64,000 nucleotides of DNA from a virus. The notes beneath the pieces are model-generated. The model ran no database searches, was not told the origin of the DNA, and saw nothing but the letters and a program-made list of their open reading frames with translations. Numbering within the stretch: the first letter of the stretch is position 1; every line of letters starts with the position of its first letter. Made by a program: the position numbers and the translations under genes. Shown here piece by piece: positions 28,703 to 38,784 of this stretch. The stretch is taken from IMG/VR virus record IMGVR_UViG_3300032236_001191, positions 36,558 through 100,557 of that record; one strand, written 5' to 3'.

Positions 28703-30679
28703 ATGAATATTATCTTTACCCAAGCACAGCTTGATGAGATGGTTGCACACTACAGCACTGTAGATGCTTTTGCATTTGACGTTGAAACTGTTGGTGATCA
28801 TCGTGGCGATCCACGCCAAAACTCTATTACTTGGATTTCATTCGCTACTCATAACCGTGTAGATGTTATTTCTATGGGTCACCCAAACGGTGAGTACATT
28901 CGCACAGAGTACCCACTCCTTCCATCAGCTACTGCTCGCCTTGCTAAAGGGCTTGAGCTGCGTCCATCTGACTATAGCAAAGATGAAAAGAAAGCTACAA
29001 GAATCTTTGGTCCTGCCCCAGAGCAGTTGACTCCGGCAGAAGTGTTTAAAACTCTTAAGCCTTTACTACTTAGCGATAAGATTAAGATTGGTCATAATCT
29101 AAAGTTTGACCTGCAAAGCGTTACTAAATACATTGGTCAGCTTCCTGCCCAACCATATTTCTGCACACTCAATGCAGCTTTTGTAATTAATAGCCAATAC
29201 CACAAGAGTTTAGGTTTGGATGACTGCTTGGCCCGTGAGTTTGACTATCACATGGTCAAGGGTGTAGGTAAGGAAGTAGAAAAGTATTCTCACGAAGAAG
29301 TATCTAACTACGCAGCACTAGATGCCGAGTGGACCTGGAAGCTATACGAACGTTATGCAGAGCAGCTTGACAAGGATTCTTTAAAGGGATTGTTTACTCT
29401 TGAAATGGATATCCTAGAAGTCATCTGTAATATGGAACTTCGTGGTGCTGACATTGATGTTGATGAGCTAGTCAAGCTTAAGGCTAACCTTGAGATCCAG
29501 ATCGAAACTACTAAGGCAACCATCTATCGTTTAGCTGGTAAAGCTTTTAATATGAACAGCGTACCTGAAAAGCAAAAGATTTTGTTTTCCCTCAAGAGAG
29601 ACGGTGGCCGTGGCTTAAAGCCAAAGAAGCTCACTCCGGCTGGTGAGAAGCGAGTAGACTCAGGACTACCTGCCACCGTCTCTGATTATTCTGTAGCTGA
29701 ACCTGCACTACAAATGTTTGCAGGCAAAGATGCTATGGTCGATGCTTTGCTTACATACTCTGAACTTAACAAGCTCATGACTACTTATGTTATCCCCTAT
29801 CTTGGTGGGGATATTACCCGTACCCTTGCAGGTAAGTCTAAGGTTGTTAAGAAGAAAAGCCTTATGTTTAATAACCGTATCCACACTAACTTTATTCAAT
29901 ATGGTGCTGAGACCGGACGTTTCTCCAGTAGAGATCCTAACCTACAAAACGTTCCTGCTCCCCACACACCTAATGGAAAAGCTATTCGTAATCTGTTTGT
30001 AGCTCCTGAGGGAAGCAAGCTTATCGTTGCAGACTACTCTCAGATTGAACCTCGTGTTATTGCGTCTTTCAGTGAGGACCGTATTATGTGCGGTGCTTAT
30101 ATGAACGGTGAGGATATCTATACAACCATTGGTAATACTATGGGTGTTGATCGTAAAGCTGGTAAGGTCTTGGTACTTTCCCTTGCGTATGGCGTTGGCC
30201 CAGATAAGATTGCTACCCAAATTGGATGTACTTTGCCTGAGGCTCGTGAACTTCTAGATGAGTTCGTAGGTAAGTTTCCATCAGTTGCCAGATACAAGCG
30301 ACAGGTTGTAATGGATAGCAAGCGCCGTGCTCCTATCCCTTACGCTACAACCCTCTTAAAACGCCGTAGATACCTTCCAGACCTACGTTCTCCAGAGTTG
30401 TGGAAACGCTCTAGGGCAGAGCGTCAAGCCTTTAATACGGTCATCCAGGGGTCGGCAGCAGACCTCATAAAGGTTGCTATGATTAGGGCTAGTAAAATGA
30501 TTCCTAGTGAGTCCAAGCTTATTCTGACTATCCATGATGAATTGGTAACAGTGGCTCCAGAGCATCTTGCTAATGAGACGGCTGAACAAATTAGACTATC
30601 TATGGAGGGCATCAACGCTCTTAAGATTCCTCTACTTGCAGACGTAAAAATTGTAAACCGCTGGGGAGAGGCAAAGTAA
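28703..30679 (+). CDS. polA: Family A DNA polymerase with 3'-5' exonuclease
   Basis: ExoI DVET, HNLKFD, TGRFSS.DPNLQN, motif A DYSQIE.R, motif C IHDE; AGGAG RBS before ATG 28703. Confidence 0.96.
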   Translation: MNIIFTQAQLDEMVAHYSTVDAFAFDVETVGDHRGDPRQNSITWISFATHNRVDVISMGHPNGEYIRTEYPLLPSATARLAKGLELRPSDYSKDEKKATRIFGPAPEQLTPAEVFKTLKPLLLSDKIKIGHNLKFDLQSVTKYIGQLPAQPYFCTLNAAFVINSQYHKSLGLDDCLAREFDYHMVKGVGKEVEKYSHEEVSNYAALDAEWTWKLYERYAEQLDKDSLKGLFTLEMDILEVICNMELRGADIDVDELVKLKANLEIQIETTKATIYRLAGKAFNMNSVPEKQKILFSLKRDGGRGLKPKKLTPAGEKRVDSGLPATVSDYSVAEPALQMFAGKDAMVDALLTYSELNKLMTTYVIPYLGGDITRTLAGKSKVVKKKSLMFNNRIHTNFIQYGAETGRFSSRDPNLQNVPAPHTPNGKAIRNLFVAPEGSKLIVADYSQIEPRVIASFSEDRIMCGAYMNGEDIYTTIGNTMGVDRKAGKVLVLSLAYGVGPDKIATQIGCTLPEARELLDEFVGKFPSVARYKRQVVMDSKRRAPIPYATTLLKRRRYLPDLRSPELWKRSRAERQAFNTVIQGSAADLIKVAMIRASKMIPSESKLILTIHDELVTVAPEHLANETAEQIRLSMEGINALKIPLLADVKIVNRWGEAK

Positions 30680-31128
30680 TGTTCTGGAGAAAAAAGCGTA
30701 AGAGTGCAGTGCACCCACGCCACCGTGTAGAGCATATCTCTATGCCTGTTTTAATACGTAAAGTAATTTACGATACGATGCTTACGCCGCCTGAAGATAT
30801 CGCTGACTACCTAAGTCTTCCTAGGATCTCCGAAGAAGTAGCTGAGATGGAAGAGCAGGCAAGTGAGAAGCGGATTGAAAAGATATCCGCATTAATACCG
30901 TTTATTGATTCGCATGCTGATATTGCATCACGAATTGCGGTAGCAGCATATGTTATTGAGCAAGATGAAAAGGTAGAGGTAGAAGAAGTAGAGAGCATGC
31001 ATAATCTGTTTAGATTAGTATCCCTTTCTTCATCCCTATCTTGCATATCAACTTTAGTAGATATGGGATTACTAGATTCAAAAGTTATTTCAAAAGAGGA
31101 AGTAGGAGGCTACAATGGCATCTTCTGA
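30679..31128 (+). CDS. Hypothetical protein
   Basis: ORF track; translationally coupled. Confidence 0.6.
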   Translation: MFWRKKRKSAVHPRHRVEHISMPVLIRKVIYDTMLTPPEDIADYLSLPRISEEVAEMEEQASEKRIEKISALIPFIDSHADIASRIAVAAYVIEQDEKVEVEEVESMHNLFRLVSLSSSLSCISTLVDMGLLDSKVISKEEVGGYNGIF

Positions 31129-31504
31129 TTGGTGGGCTAATAAACTAGGTGGTAACACATCATCCTCAGGTACTCCTCCGGTTGCCCCACCACGACAGCC
31201 GGTATACGTTCCACAGACTGCACAAAACCCTAGAGTAGCTTACGATCCTCAACAGGATCAACTTGTTACTAAAGCACAGAGTGCAAAGGAAGTTATGCGA
31301 TGCCCAGGATGTAACTCTGGAAATTACATGGCCCCTAATGGTACAAACTTAAAGCGTTGTTATGACTGCGGGTACCCATTGGTACAGGCAGGTACTGGAG
31401 CAGGAATGCCAGGAGGAAGTTCTGGTGGGCCTACTATTGCTGCTAAGCAACCAAGCCAAGGTGGCGGATTCCAACCAAACGTGATCGTAGATAGGATCGG
31501 ATAA
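31115..31504 (+). CDS. Zn-ribbon hypothetical protein
   Basis: CPGC...CYDCG; AGGAGG RBS. Confidence 0.6.
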   Translation: MASSDWWANKLGGNTSSSGTPPVAPPRQPVYVPQTAQNPRVAYDPQQDQLVTKAQSAKEVMRCPGCNSGNYMAPNGTNLKRCYDCGYPLVQAGTGAGMPGGSSGGPTIAAKQPSQGGGFQPNVIVDRIG

Positions 31505-32565
31505 TGGCAATTAACTCAGAAGCACTAAAGATTGTAGCTAACATCAACAAGAAGGTTGGTGCAGGCACCGTAGTCCTTGCTAGTCAAGTTCGACTTCCTG
31601 AACGTATTACTACCGGCTCACTTACCCTAGATGTAGTTCTAGGTGGGGGTTGGCCTATGAACCACTGGGTAGAACTAGTTGGTGAGGCATCACATGGTAA
31701 GACCGCTATCGCTTTGCGAACTATTGGTGCTAACCAGCAAAAGAACCCAGACTTTACAGCTGTGTGGATTGCTGCAGAAGCTTTTGATGCACAGTACGCA
31801 GAGCTTTGCGGGGTAGATACTGATCGAGTTATTTTAGTTGAGACAAATAGTATGGAGGATGCATTCGATGCAGTCATTCAATTCATGGAGAGCAAGGCTG
31901 TTGACATGGTTGTTGTTGATTCCCTTCCTGCCTTGGTTCCTAGCGCAGAAGATGAAAAGCACATGGAAGAATTCACTGTGGGTCGTGGCGCACTTATTAC
32001 CAATAAGTTCTTTAGAAAAGTGGCGTCAGCTACCAAACGAGACCTCGTTGAAGCAGAACGACCAGTACTGGGATTAATGATTAATCAGTACCGTATGAAG
32101 ATTGGCGTAATGCATGGAGATCCACGCACTACACCCGGTGGTCTTGGTAAGGACTATGCCTATAGTATTCGTGCTGAAGTAAAGCGTGACGAATGGCTTG
32201 AGGTAGGTACCGGACAGGAAAAGCGACGTGTAGGTCAAACTATCCGTGTTCGTACAATTAAGAATAAGACTTTCCCGCCACAGCAGACAGCGTACCTAGA
32301 TTTCTACTTTTCTGAGGGTGGTCCAATCAATGCTGGTAGTTATGATACCGGTAAGGAGATTGTAGCTCTTGGAATTCTAAACGGGATCATTGAACGCCGT
32401 GGTGGCTGGATGTACTATGGCGATAGAAAGTGGCAGGGTGCACCAGCGTTGATCGAGTCCCTTCGTGAAGAGATTGAACTAAGCGAAGAGATCAGCAAGG
32501 CTGTTATGGACACTCTTAAGAGTGCACCAATCCTAGCGTTAGCTGATGACTCTGATGAAGAGTGA
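31504..32565 (+). CDS. recA: RecA-like recombinase
   Basis: TTGSL.LD..LGG, GEASHGKT, VVDSL.AL, INQ.R.KIGVM.GDP.TTPGG. Confidence 0.95.
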   Translation: MAINSEALKIVANINKKVGAGTVVLASQVRLPERITTGSLTLDVVLGGGWPMNHWVELVGEASHGKTAIALRTIGANQQKNPDFTAVWIAAEAFDAQYAELCGVDTDRVILVETNSMEDAFDAVIQFMESKAVDMVVVDSLPALVPSAEDEKHMEEFTVGRGALITNKFFRKVASATKRDLVEAERPVLGLMINQYRMKIGVMHGDPRTTPGGLGKDYAYSIRAEVKRDEWLEVGTGQEKRRVGQTIRVRTIKNKTFPPQQTAYLDFYFSEGGPINAGSYDTGKEIVALGILNGIIERRGGWMYYGDRKWQGAPALIESLREEIELSEEISKAVMDTLKSAPILALADDSDEE

Positions 32566-32872
32566 GGGTCAGAAAGAATCTTTAAAGCACGAGAAGCGAT
32601 TAGCTAAGAAGGTAGGTGGCACACGCACTGCTGCCTCTGGAGCTTTTTGGTCTCGTAAAGGTGATGTAAGAAACGATGAGCTACTTATCGAACATAAATG
32701 GACAGGCAAAAAGTCTGTAACAATTAAGTCCGAAGTACTTCAGAAGATAACTAAAGAAGCAATATTAGATAGTAGAACTCCGGTTTTGGGTCTTCATCTC
32801 GACGGTGAAAACTATGTAGTTCTTTTAGAGGAGGATTTCTTTGAATTACGTAACTCCGTCAGAGGTGAATGA
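32555..32872 (+). CDS. PD-(D/E)xK nuclease / Holliday junction resolvase-like
   Basis: 'E...AK......SGA....GD......IEHK'. Confidence 0.75.
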   Translation: MKSEGQKESLKHEKRLAKKVGGTRTAASGAFWSRKGDVRNDELLIEHKWTGKKSVTIKSEVLQKITKEAILDSRTPVLGLHLDGENYVVLLEEDFFELRNSVRGE

Positions 32873-33238
32873 GTGCAATATAGTGACGACCCAGAATGGA
32901 CTTGGCGCTACCGTGCTAAGTGTCAGGGAGAAGATACAGAGATATTCTTCCCACCACGAGACAAGGACCTCTACAAGCCTATTGCAGACAAAGCTAAGGC
33001 TATTTGTTGGGGAAGGGATGGGCGACCTCCTTGCCCTGTCCGTAAAGAATGTTTGAAAGAAGCAATAATTAACGACGAGTTACATGGAATTTTTGGCGGA
33101 ATGTCACACCGAGAGCGAAATGCAGCTAAGCGCAAGTATACTAAGCAGGGTCTAACTTTAGACGAATGGATTAACGTGGAGGGCAAGTATGGCGAAGCCA
33201 AAAACTATCGAGAGCAAGGAACTGAAGAACTTTCTTAA
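32873..33238 (+). CDS. whiB: WhiB family transcription factor
   Basis: W...A.C...D.EIFFP...AK.IC...CPV..ECL......HGIFGG.S..ER. Confidence 0.9.
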   Translation: MQYSDDPEWTWRYRAKCQGEDTEIFFPPRDKDLYKPIADKAKAICWGRDGRPPCPVRKECLKEAIINDELHGIFGGMSHRERNAAKRKYTKQGLTLDEWINVEGKYGEAKNYREQGTEELS

Positions 33239-34094
33239 CACTACAAAGCGAGAAACTCGCTTAATGGGTGCTGTGGAACGCTACATCCTAGCTAGACCTC
33301 GTGATCACCGTAACCATACGGTTCTTCACCCTTCAGATATGATTAAGCCTGAATGGTGTTCTTTAGCTTCTTACCATGCTTTGCGTGGTAACTACGTTGA
33401 GGTACGTGAAAAGCCTGGTCTTCGTATGCAGTCTATCTTTGATGAAGGGCATGCTATTCACCATAAATGGCAAACCTATCTAAAGGAAATGGGAGTTCTC
33501 CATGGTCTTTGGGAGTTTGAAGGTGAAGTAGAAGAAGGCGCTGGACCTATAAAGCTTATGGGTTGGGCAACTGCTCCTGCTGGTTTTGAGAACATTACCT
33601 ACAAGGAAGTGCCACTACATAGCGAGAAGCACAAGATCTCTGGCCATGCAGATGGTTGGGTAAAAGGTTTAGGTGAAGACTTTCTAATTGAGATTAAGTC
33701 TATTGGTACTGGAACTATTCGCATGGAAGCTCCGGCTATTCTTGCACAGGCAGACAACGACCTTGAAAAAGCTTGGCGCAATATCAAGCAGCCATTTAGG
33801 CCACACATCTTGCAAGGCCAAGTTTACCTACACCTTTGCCATTTAATGGTTGAGGAAGGCTTGCTTGAGTCTGCACCAAAAGAAATTGTTTTTATCTACG
33901 AGCTCAAAGCAAACCAGGATTACAAAGAGTTTGTGGTACAGTACACCCCTGAGTTTGTAGAGGAGCTCTTTGACCGAGCCCTAGACATTTCTTGGGCTGT
34001 GGACAACGAACGTCCACCAATGTGCAACATAGATCCTATTAAGGGCTGCGAACGTTGCACACCATATCGGGAGGGTGAAGATGTCAGTAAGTAG
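33189..34094 (+). CDS. Cas4-like PD-(D/E)xK exonuclease
   Basis: N-terminal Cys, 'G.A.H', 'GHADG...IEIKS', QGQVY, C-terminal C..C..C. Confidence 0.8.
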   Translation: MAKPKTIESKELKNFLNTTKRETRLMGAVERYILARPRDHRNHTVLHPSDMIKPEWCSLASYHALRGNYVEVREKPGLRMQSIFDEGHAIHHKWQTYLKEMGVLHGLWEFEGEVEEGAGPIKLMGWATAPAGFENITYKEVPLHSEKHKISGHADGWVKGLGEDFLIEIKSIGTGTIRMEAPAILAQADNDLEKAWRNIKQPFRPHILQGQVYLHLCHLMVEEGLLESAPKEIVFIYELKANQDYKEFVVQYTPEFVEELFDRALDISWAVDNERPPMCNIDPIKGCERCTPYREGEDVSK

Positions 34095-34566
34095 AAAAGC
34101 ATTAGAGGGCTTAGCAGAGATTGGTTTTACTTTGGCACCCAAGCCAGGCTATGACATTCCTGATTTGCCAAGAGATATTACTGAGCTAGATGACGAAGGT
34201 CTTATGGATCTTTTTGTTCAGCTAACTCAGTGGACAGACCACCTATCAGGGGCACATGCTATTGCAGTTATTAACGAGAGAGAAGCTGAGCGTAACGTAA
34301 CTGTTGCGGAAGCAAAAGCTATGATCGTTAACTGGACTGGTGCAAAGGGTGGCGATAAGGTAACAGTTATCAAAGCTCAGATTGCAGCAAGTCCTGAAGT
34401 CAGCGATCTTTATGATGATCTGCATACTAAGTATGCATTTCGTAAACTACTAGAGACCCGTGTAAACAATGTGGAGCGTGACTCCCAGGTTGTATCCCGT
34501 GAACTAACACGTCGTACATCTGATGGTGGGGGAATGCGTTCTCGATCAAGGAGGCTAACAGCATGA
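34081..34566 (+). CDS. Helical hypothetical protein (recombination-mediator-like position)
   Basis: ORF track; 'VSRELTRR' C-terminus. Confidence 0.5.
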   Translation: MSVSRKALEGLAEIGFTLAPKPGYDIPDLPRDITELDDEGLMDLFVQLTQWTDHLSGAHAIAVINEREAERNVTVAEAKAMIVNWTGAKGGDKVTVIKAQIAASPEVSDLYDDLHTKYAFRKLLETRVNNVERDSQVVSRELTRRTSDGGGMRSRSRRLTA

Positions 34567-35180
34567 CATACGAACAACTATCTTTATTTACTGATGAAGA
34601 GTTGGGCATCAAACCTAACTATGACCTTATCGGACTTACCGGCTATGCTGGCTCCGGTAAGGATACCTTTGCTAAGGTTTTAGTAGAGAAGTACGGTTAC
34701 ACCCGTATTGCTTTTGCTGACCCAATCAGAGAACTTCTTTATAAGATGAACCCAATTATTAATGGTTTGCCTTACGGTGGCACTCGCAGCTTATCTGAGC
34801 TTGTAGATTCAGTAGGCTGGGATGAAGCGAAGAAGGAACCAGAAGTTCGCCGCTTACTGCAAGACCTTGGGGTAGGTGCTCGTGAGGTTATTGATAGTGA
34901 GCTTTGGGTAAGCACTGCTTTTAAAAAGACCGGTGAACCAGGCAAACGTTATGTTATTACAGACGTGCGATTTATTAACGAAGCTGATCTTGTCAAGCAG
35001 TTAGGCGGTCAGGTATGGCGTGTAAAGCGTGTAGACGTTAACGCCGTAAATGGCCACATCTCAGAGAACGAAATGGACGGCTATAAGGTCGATCAAATCT
35101 TCTTGAACAACGGAACTATTGATGAGCTAGAGGCCCTAATTAAAACTCGAATGCAGGATGTAAATGCCATCACAGAGTAG
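34563..35180 (+). CDS. Deoxynucleoside monophosphate kinase
   Basis: IGLTGYAGSGKDT, FADP, R.LLQ.LG, DVRF.NE, H.SE. Confidence 0.92.
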   Translation: MTYEQLSLFTDEELGIKPNYDLIGLTGYAGSGKDTFAKVLVEKYGYTRIAFADPIRELLYKMNPIINGLPYGGTRSLSELVDSVGWDEAKKEPEVRRLLQDLGVGAREVIDSELWVSTAFKKTGEPGKRYVITDVRFINEADLVKQLGGQVWRVKRVDVNAVNGHISENEMDGYKVDQIFLNNGTIDELEALIKTRMQDVNAITE

Positions 35181-35517
35181 AAAACATCGTGGATATCGTT
35201 CTCAGAAAGTAGTTGCTAACTATCTTGCTGAGAATGGTTTCCCATTTGCTGAGTCTACTGGTGCTGGTCGCTCAGGCACAGATGTAACCGGTACAGTAGG
35301 CATTGACTGGGAAGTAAAGGCACGTAAGGATTTTAACCCTAGCGCCGTTATTAAGCAGTTAAAGGAACGACATAATGGGAAAGACCTACCTGTTGCTGTT
35401 CTTCGCTTAAACGGGCAGGGAGAGGCCTCTATTGGGGAATGGGTGACCATCCTAAGACTAGAGGACTTTGTAAACTTACTACGAGAAGCCGGATACGGAG
35501 ATCCTAAAGATGCCTAG
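35164..35517 (+). CDS. Holliday junction resolvase-like nuclease
   Basis: 'KHRG....', 'G.D......EVKAR'. Confidence 0.75.
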   Translation: MPSQSRKHRGYRSQKVVANYLAENGFPFAESTGAGRSGTDVTGTVGIDWEVKARKDFNPSAVIKQLKERHNGKDLPVAVLRLNGQGEASIGEWVTILRLEDFVNLLREAGYGDPKDA

Positions 35518-35677
35518 ATATGATTACAAATGTGAAGAATGTCAGACCACTATAGAGATCGAACGCTCTATGCATGAAGAGTCTCAGCCTATGTGCGCTG
35601 GGTGTAATGCAACTATGTCCAGAGTATGGCAGGCAACACCTGCAGTATTCCGTGGTGGAGGCTGGGGAGGCCAGTAG
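35510..35677 (+). CDS. FmdB-family zinc-ribbon protein (55 aa)
   Basis: Translated by hand: MPRYDYKCEEC...CAGC...M.RV...AVFRGGGW. Confidence 0.85.
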   Translation: MPRYDYKCEECQTTIEIERSMHEESQPMCAGCNATMSRVWQATPAVFRGGGWGGQ

Positions 35678-35757
35678 TTTAGGCGTACTGACGGCCAAAT
35701 ATAACGTAGTGTTTACCCTTAGGTGGGCGATAATATCGAACCTAAGGACTACAAATC

Positions 35758-36039
35758 GTGACTGAAAAAAATACAGAAGAAGACTTTCTACGAGTTGGTG
35801 CGGGATCTAACGCACAATCCGTAGGATCAGCTATAGCACATGCTTTATACGAAAAGCCTCAAGTTAAGATCCGAGCCGTAGGAGCATCAGCAGTTAACCA
35901 GGCAGTAAAGGCAATTGCGATCGCCCGAGGTTATGTGGCCCCAAGAGGCCTAGACCTAAGCTGTCGCCCAGGATTTACAACAGTAGACTCTAGAGACGGG
36001 CAGATATCTGCAATAGTCTTTACTATTAATGTAAATTGA
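35758..36039 (+). CDS. spoVS: SpoVS-family protein
   Basis: 'LRV...SN..SV..AIA......IRAVGA.AVNQAVKAIAIARG.VAP.G.DL...PGF'. Confidence 0.88.
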   Translation: MTEKNTEEDFLRVGAGSNAQSVGSAIAHALYEKPQVKIRAVGASAVNQAVKAIAIARGYVAPRGLDLSCRPGFTTVDSRDGQISAIVFTINVN

Positions 36040-36088
36040 TATACAATTTTATCTAAGCAAGAGATCTCTCAACATAGTTAGGACCAAA

Positions 36089-36463
36089 ATGGCACGTTCA
36101 TCAATTCCCAGCCCTGACGAGGCGCTGGCAGGTATGGCCAAGAGTGGTGCTCCTCGTAAGCCAATGGGCAAAGATGCCCGTTCGTTTACATCACCATCAG
36201 CAGCTCCTAAAGCTGGAAAGTTAATGCCTAAGAAGAATACACAGGCTGGCGATCCAACAGGCGCTGGAACTAAGAAGAACCGAGCTAACGTACAGCAAAC
36301 TCCTCAAGCTGAACGTAACGGTGCTTCTTACACAGTTAAGGGCGTTATCCATAAGCCTACAGATCCAGCAGCTGGATTTACACAGGCTAACGGCATTGTA
36401 ATTAGTGCAGCAACTAATCGTGATCGCACTAACTTCGATGGCGGAATGGGCGCATCGTACTAA
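36089..36463 (+). CDS. Hypothetical basic, low-complexity protein
   Basis: ORF track; AGGA RBS. Confidence 0.65.
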   Translation: MARSSIPSPDEALAGMAKSGAPRKPMGKDARSFTSPSAAPKAGKLMPKKNTQAGDPTGAGTKKNRANVQQTPQAERNGASYTVKGVIHKPTDPAAGFTQANGIVISAATNRDRTNFDGGMGASY

Positions 36464-36477
36464 TTAATTTGGATTAA

Positions 36478-36516
36478 TTGGCAAAGGTCCCAGGTTATCC
36501 TGGGGCCTTCTGCTAA
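36478..36516 (+). terminator. Hairpin terminator candidate
   Basis: AAGGTCCCAGG-TTAT-CCTGGGGCCTT stem. Confidence 0.6.
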
Positions 36517-36541
36517 AATTTGGACTACGAATGGGGGCAAT

Positions 36542-36778
36542 ATGCTAGAAACTTTGTATGAAGAAGCAAAGCAACAGAATAGTTTTAACATTAACTATTG
36601 CGTTGTAGGCCAGTGGGCCGTTAACTTATCCGATCAAGATAAAATTGCATTTGATCAATCCTTAAATGATGATGACTTCTCTTCGAGGAGTCTATTTACG
36701 CTGTATAAAAACGCAGGCGCAACATTTGGACTTACTTCACTACGTATACACAGAAACGGAGAATGCGGATGTCGCTAA
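36542..36778 (+). CDS. Hypothetical protein
   Basis: ORF track; ends H....C.C. Confidence 0.6.
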   Translation: MLETLYEEAKQQNSFNINYCVVGQWAVNLSDQDKIAFDQSLNDDDFSSRSLFTLYKNAGATFGLTSLRIHRNGECGCR

Positions 36779-37938
36779 GCGATTCTTACAGCGCAGCTAA
36801 AGATGATGCTGCCAACTCACAGGGCCTAAGCTCTATCGAAAAATTATTGAAGGCTAATGGCCTTACACCAGAAGACGTGGGAAAGATTAGTAAGGTTAGC
36901 CTTTCTAATAATCCTGACGACACTAAGATTATCCTATCTCCCAAGTGGAGTGACGGCCCTGCGTGGCAACCCGTCCAGCAAGCTGCTCCAACTATAGTAC
37001 AGCCAAAGGTGCATACACCGGCTCTTATTAGCAGTGATTGGAAGGTTGCCGTCGCATTGCCCGATCCTCAAATCGGTTATCGTAAGTATGAAGATGGTAC
37101 TTTAGATACATTTCATGATGAGGCTGCAATGGATGTTGCATTGCAAATTGTTGGCCTAGATCATGGCCACCCATTAGATCAAATTATTAATCTAGGTGAT
37201 TTCCTAGACCTACCCATGTATGGAACCTACGAACAGGAGTCTAACTTTGCTCATACTGCTCAGCTTGCTATTAACCGTGGTCATCGCTTTCTTGCTGAGC
37301 AAAGAGCTAACGGGGGAGGAGATGCTCGTATTATTCTTCTTGAAGGTAATCACGATAAGCGTCTTAGTCGGTTTATTAATACTAATGCTGCCGCAGCTTA
37401 TGGTATCAAAGTAGCAAATATTCCTGACGCTTGGCCAGCACTAAGTTTACAAAATCTATTACGTTGTGATGAACTAGGAGTGGAGTTTATAGATGGTTAC
37501 CCTGCTGCAGCGCATTGGATTAATAAGCGTCTCCGGGCTATGCATGGGGATAGGGCTAACGCATCTGGGTCAACAGCTGCACAGTATGCGAATTCGAATC
37601 CGAATATCTCTACGCTTTTTGGCCATACTCATCGCATGGAACAACAATCCAAGACAGTATTTGATCGTGACCAAGCAATTAAAAGTGTCTCGTTTTCACC
37701 TGGATGCCTCTGCCGAGTGGACGGAGCTGTCCCATCAGTTAAGGGCGGTATTGATGTCAAAGGACAAGCACTTCAGTACTTTGAAAACTGGCAGCAAGGC
37801 GTAAGCGTTATCTTCTTTAAAGATGGTGACGATGACAGCTTCCACTTTGATCAAGTTCATATTCATAAAGGCAAGACAATGTACCGTGGTCAAGAGATCC
37901 ACGCTACAGTAGATACTGTTGGTACTCCGCTAGCATAA
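36769..37938 (+). CDS. Calcineurin-like metallophosphoesterase
   Basis: D.Q, GDFLD, GNHD, HG and GHTH motifs. Confidence 0.88.
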   Translation: MSLSDSYSAAKDDAANSQGLSSIEKLLKANGLTPEDVGKISKVSLSNNPDDTKIILSPKWSDGPAWQPVQQAAPTIVQPKVHTPALISSDWKVAVALPDPQIGYRKYEDGTLDTFHDEAAMDVALQIVGLDHGHPLDQIINLGDFLDLPMYGTYEQESNFAHTAQLAINRGHRFLAEQRANGGGDARIILLEGNHDKRLSRFINTNAAAAYGIKVANIPDAWPALSLQNLLRCDELGVEFIDGYPAAAHWINKRLRAMHGDRANASGSTAAQYANSNPNISTLFGHTHRMEQQSKTVFDRDQAIKSVSFSPGCLCRVDGAVPSVKGGIDVKGQALQYFENWQQGVSVIFFKDGDDDSFHFDQVHIHKGKTMYRGQEIHATVDTVGTPLA

Positions 37939-37982
37939 GTCTTCACGGTCGCACGTGTTCAGCACTAGCCATCAGGCCACAA

Positions 37983-38024
37983 TAAAAAACCCCCCAGCTA
38001 CGAACTGGGGGGTCTTTTATTTTA
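37983..38024. terminator. Bidirectional intrinsic terminator between convergent genes
   Basis: A-tract, CCCCCAG...CTGGGGG stem, T-tract. Confidence 0.85.
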
Positions 38025-38027
38025 GTC

Positions 38028-38774
38028 TTAGATTAGATCCATAAGTGCTGCCCAAGTCTTTGGACCAACAATTCCATTTGAATCTAGATTATCGTGGTTA
38101 TCTTGGAACTTGATCACAGCTGTTTTAGTTGCTGGACCATAGTCACCATCTTCTACAAGAGTAAGCGCATGCTGAATAGCCTTAACAGCTTCTCCCTTAT
38201 CTCCCGGCTTAACTTGTCCAGGAAATGCTGGCTTAAGAGCTGGGACCGGATCAACGTTTACTTCATTTCCTACGTAGTTAGGACGGCCAAAACCAACGAT
38301 GAATGATGGGATACCCTTAGCATTGCGTTTGTAGGCACGAATCTTCTTTACAGCTTCTCCGCCGTTTGCCTGTGAACCAGACTTCTTCTTGTCACCAGAA
38401 GTATTGCCTTCCATAGTTGTGACAGTTCCGTCACCATTGTTCTTGACAACAATACCAACGTGTTCAATTGGTGCTCCACCTGCTACGAAATCAAAGTAAA
38501 CAATATCTCCTGGCTGTGGATCAGCTTTTTCTGCGTCTGTCCAAGTGCCAAGCTTCTTAAATGCTGCTGCACCTGCCATTGTTGAGACAGTATTAGGGAT
38601 CTTAACTCCAGCTTGGTTTGCAACCCACATGCAGAATGAACCGCACCATGGGAGGAAGTTAGCCTTTGTAAAAGCTCCATACTTAGTTTCGTTGTCCTTA
38701 GGACCTTCTACATAGCCTTCTTCTTTGAGGGCAATCTCTACCATCAAAGCGGCTGTGCCTTTTGCTGCTGCCAT
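38028..38774 (-). CDS. Endolysin: CHAP amidase plus peptidoglycan-binding domain
   Basis: PWCGSF, PGDIV.F, HVGIV, EGNT; C-terminal 'DG.YGP.T..AV..FQ....L...GIVG..TW'; AAGGAG RBS before 38774. Confidence 0.92.
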   Translation of the reverse strand: MAAAKGTAALMVEIALKEEGYVEGPKDNETKYGAFTKANFLPWCGSFCMWVANQAGVKIPNTVSTMAGAAAFKKLGTWTDAEKADPQPGDIVYFDFVAGGAPIEHVGIVVKNNGDGTVTTMEGNTSGDKKKSGSQANGGEAVKKIRAYKRNAKGIPSFIVGFGRPNYVGNEVNVDPVPALKPAFPGQVKPGDKGEAVKAIQHALTLVEDGDYGPATKTAVIKFQDNHDNLDSNGIVGPKTWAALMDLI

Positions 38775-38784
38775 GTTGTACTCC

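Noticed and set aside
33189-34094. CRISPR-Cas locus suggested by the Cas4-like nuclease
   Set aside because: No repeat-spacer array or other cas genes were seen; stand-alone Cas4-like nucleases are common in phage recombination blocks.
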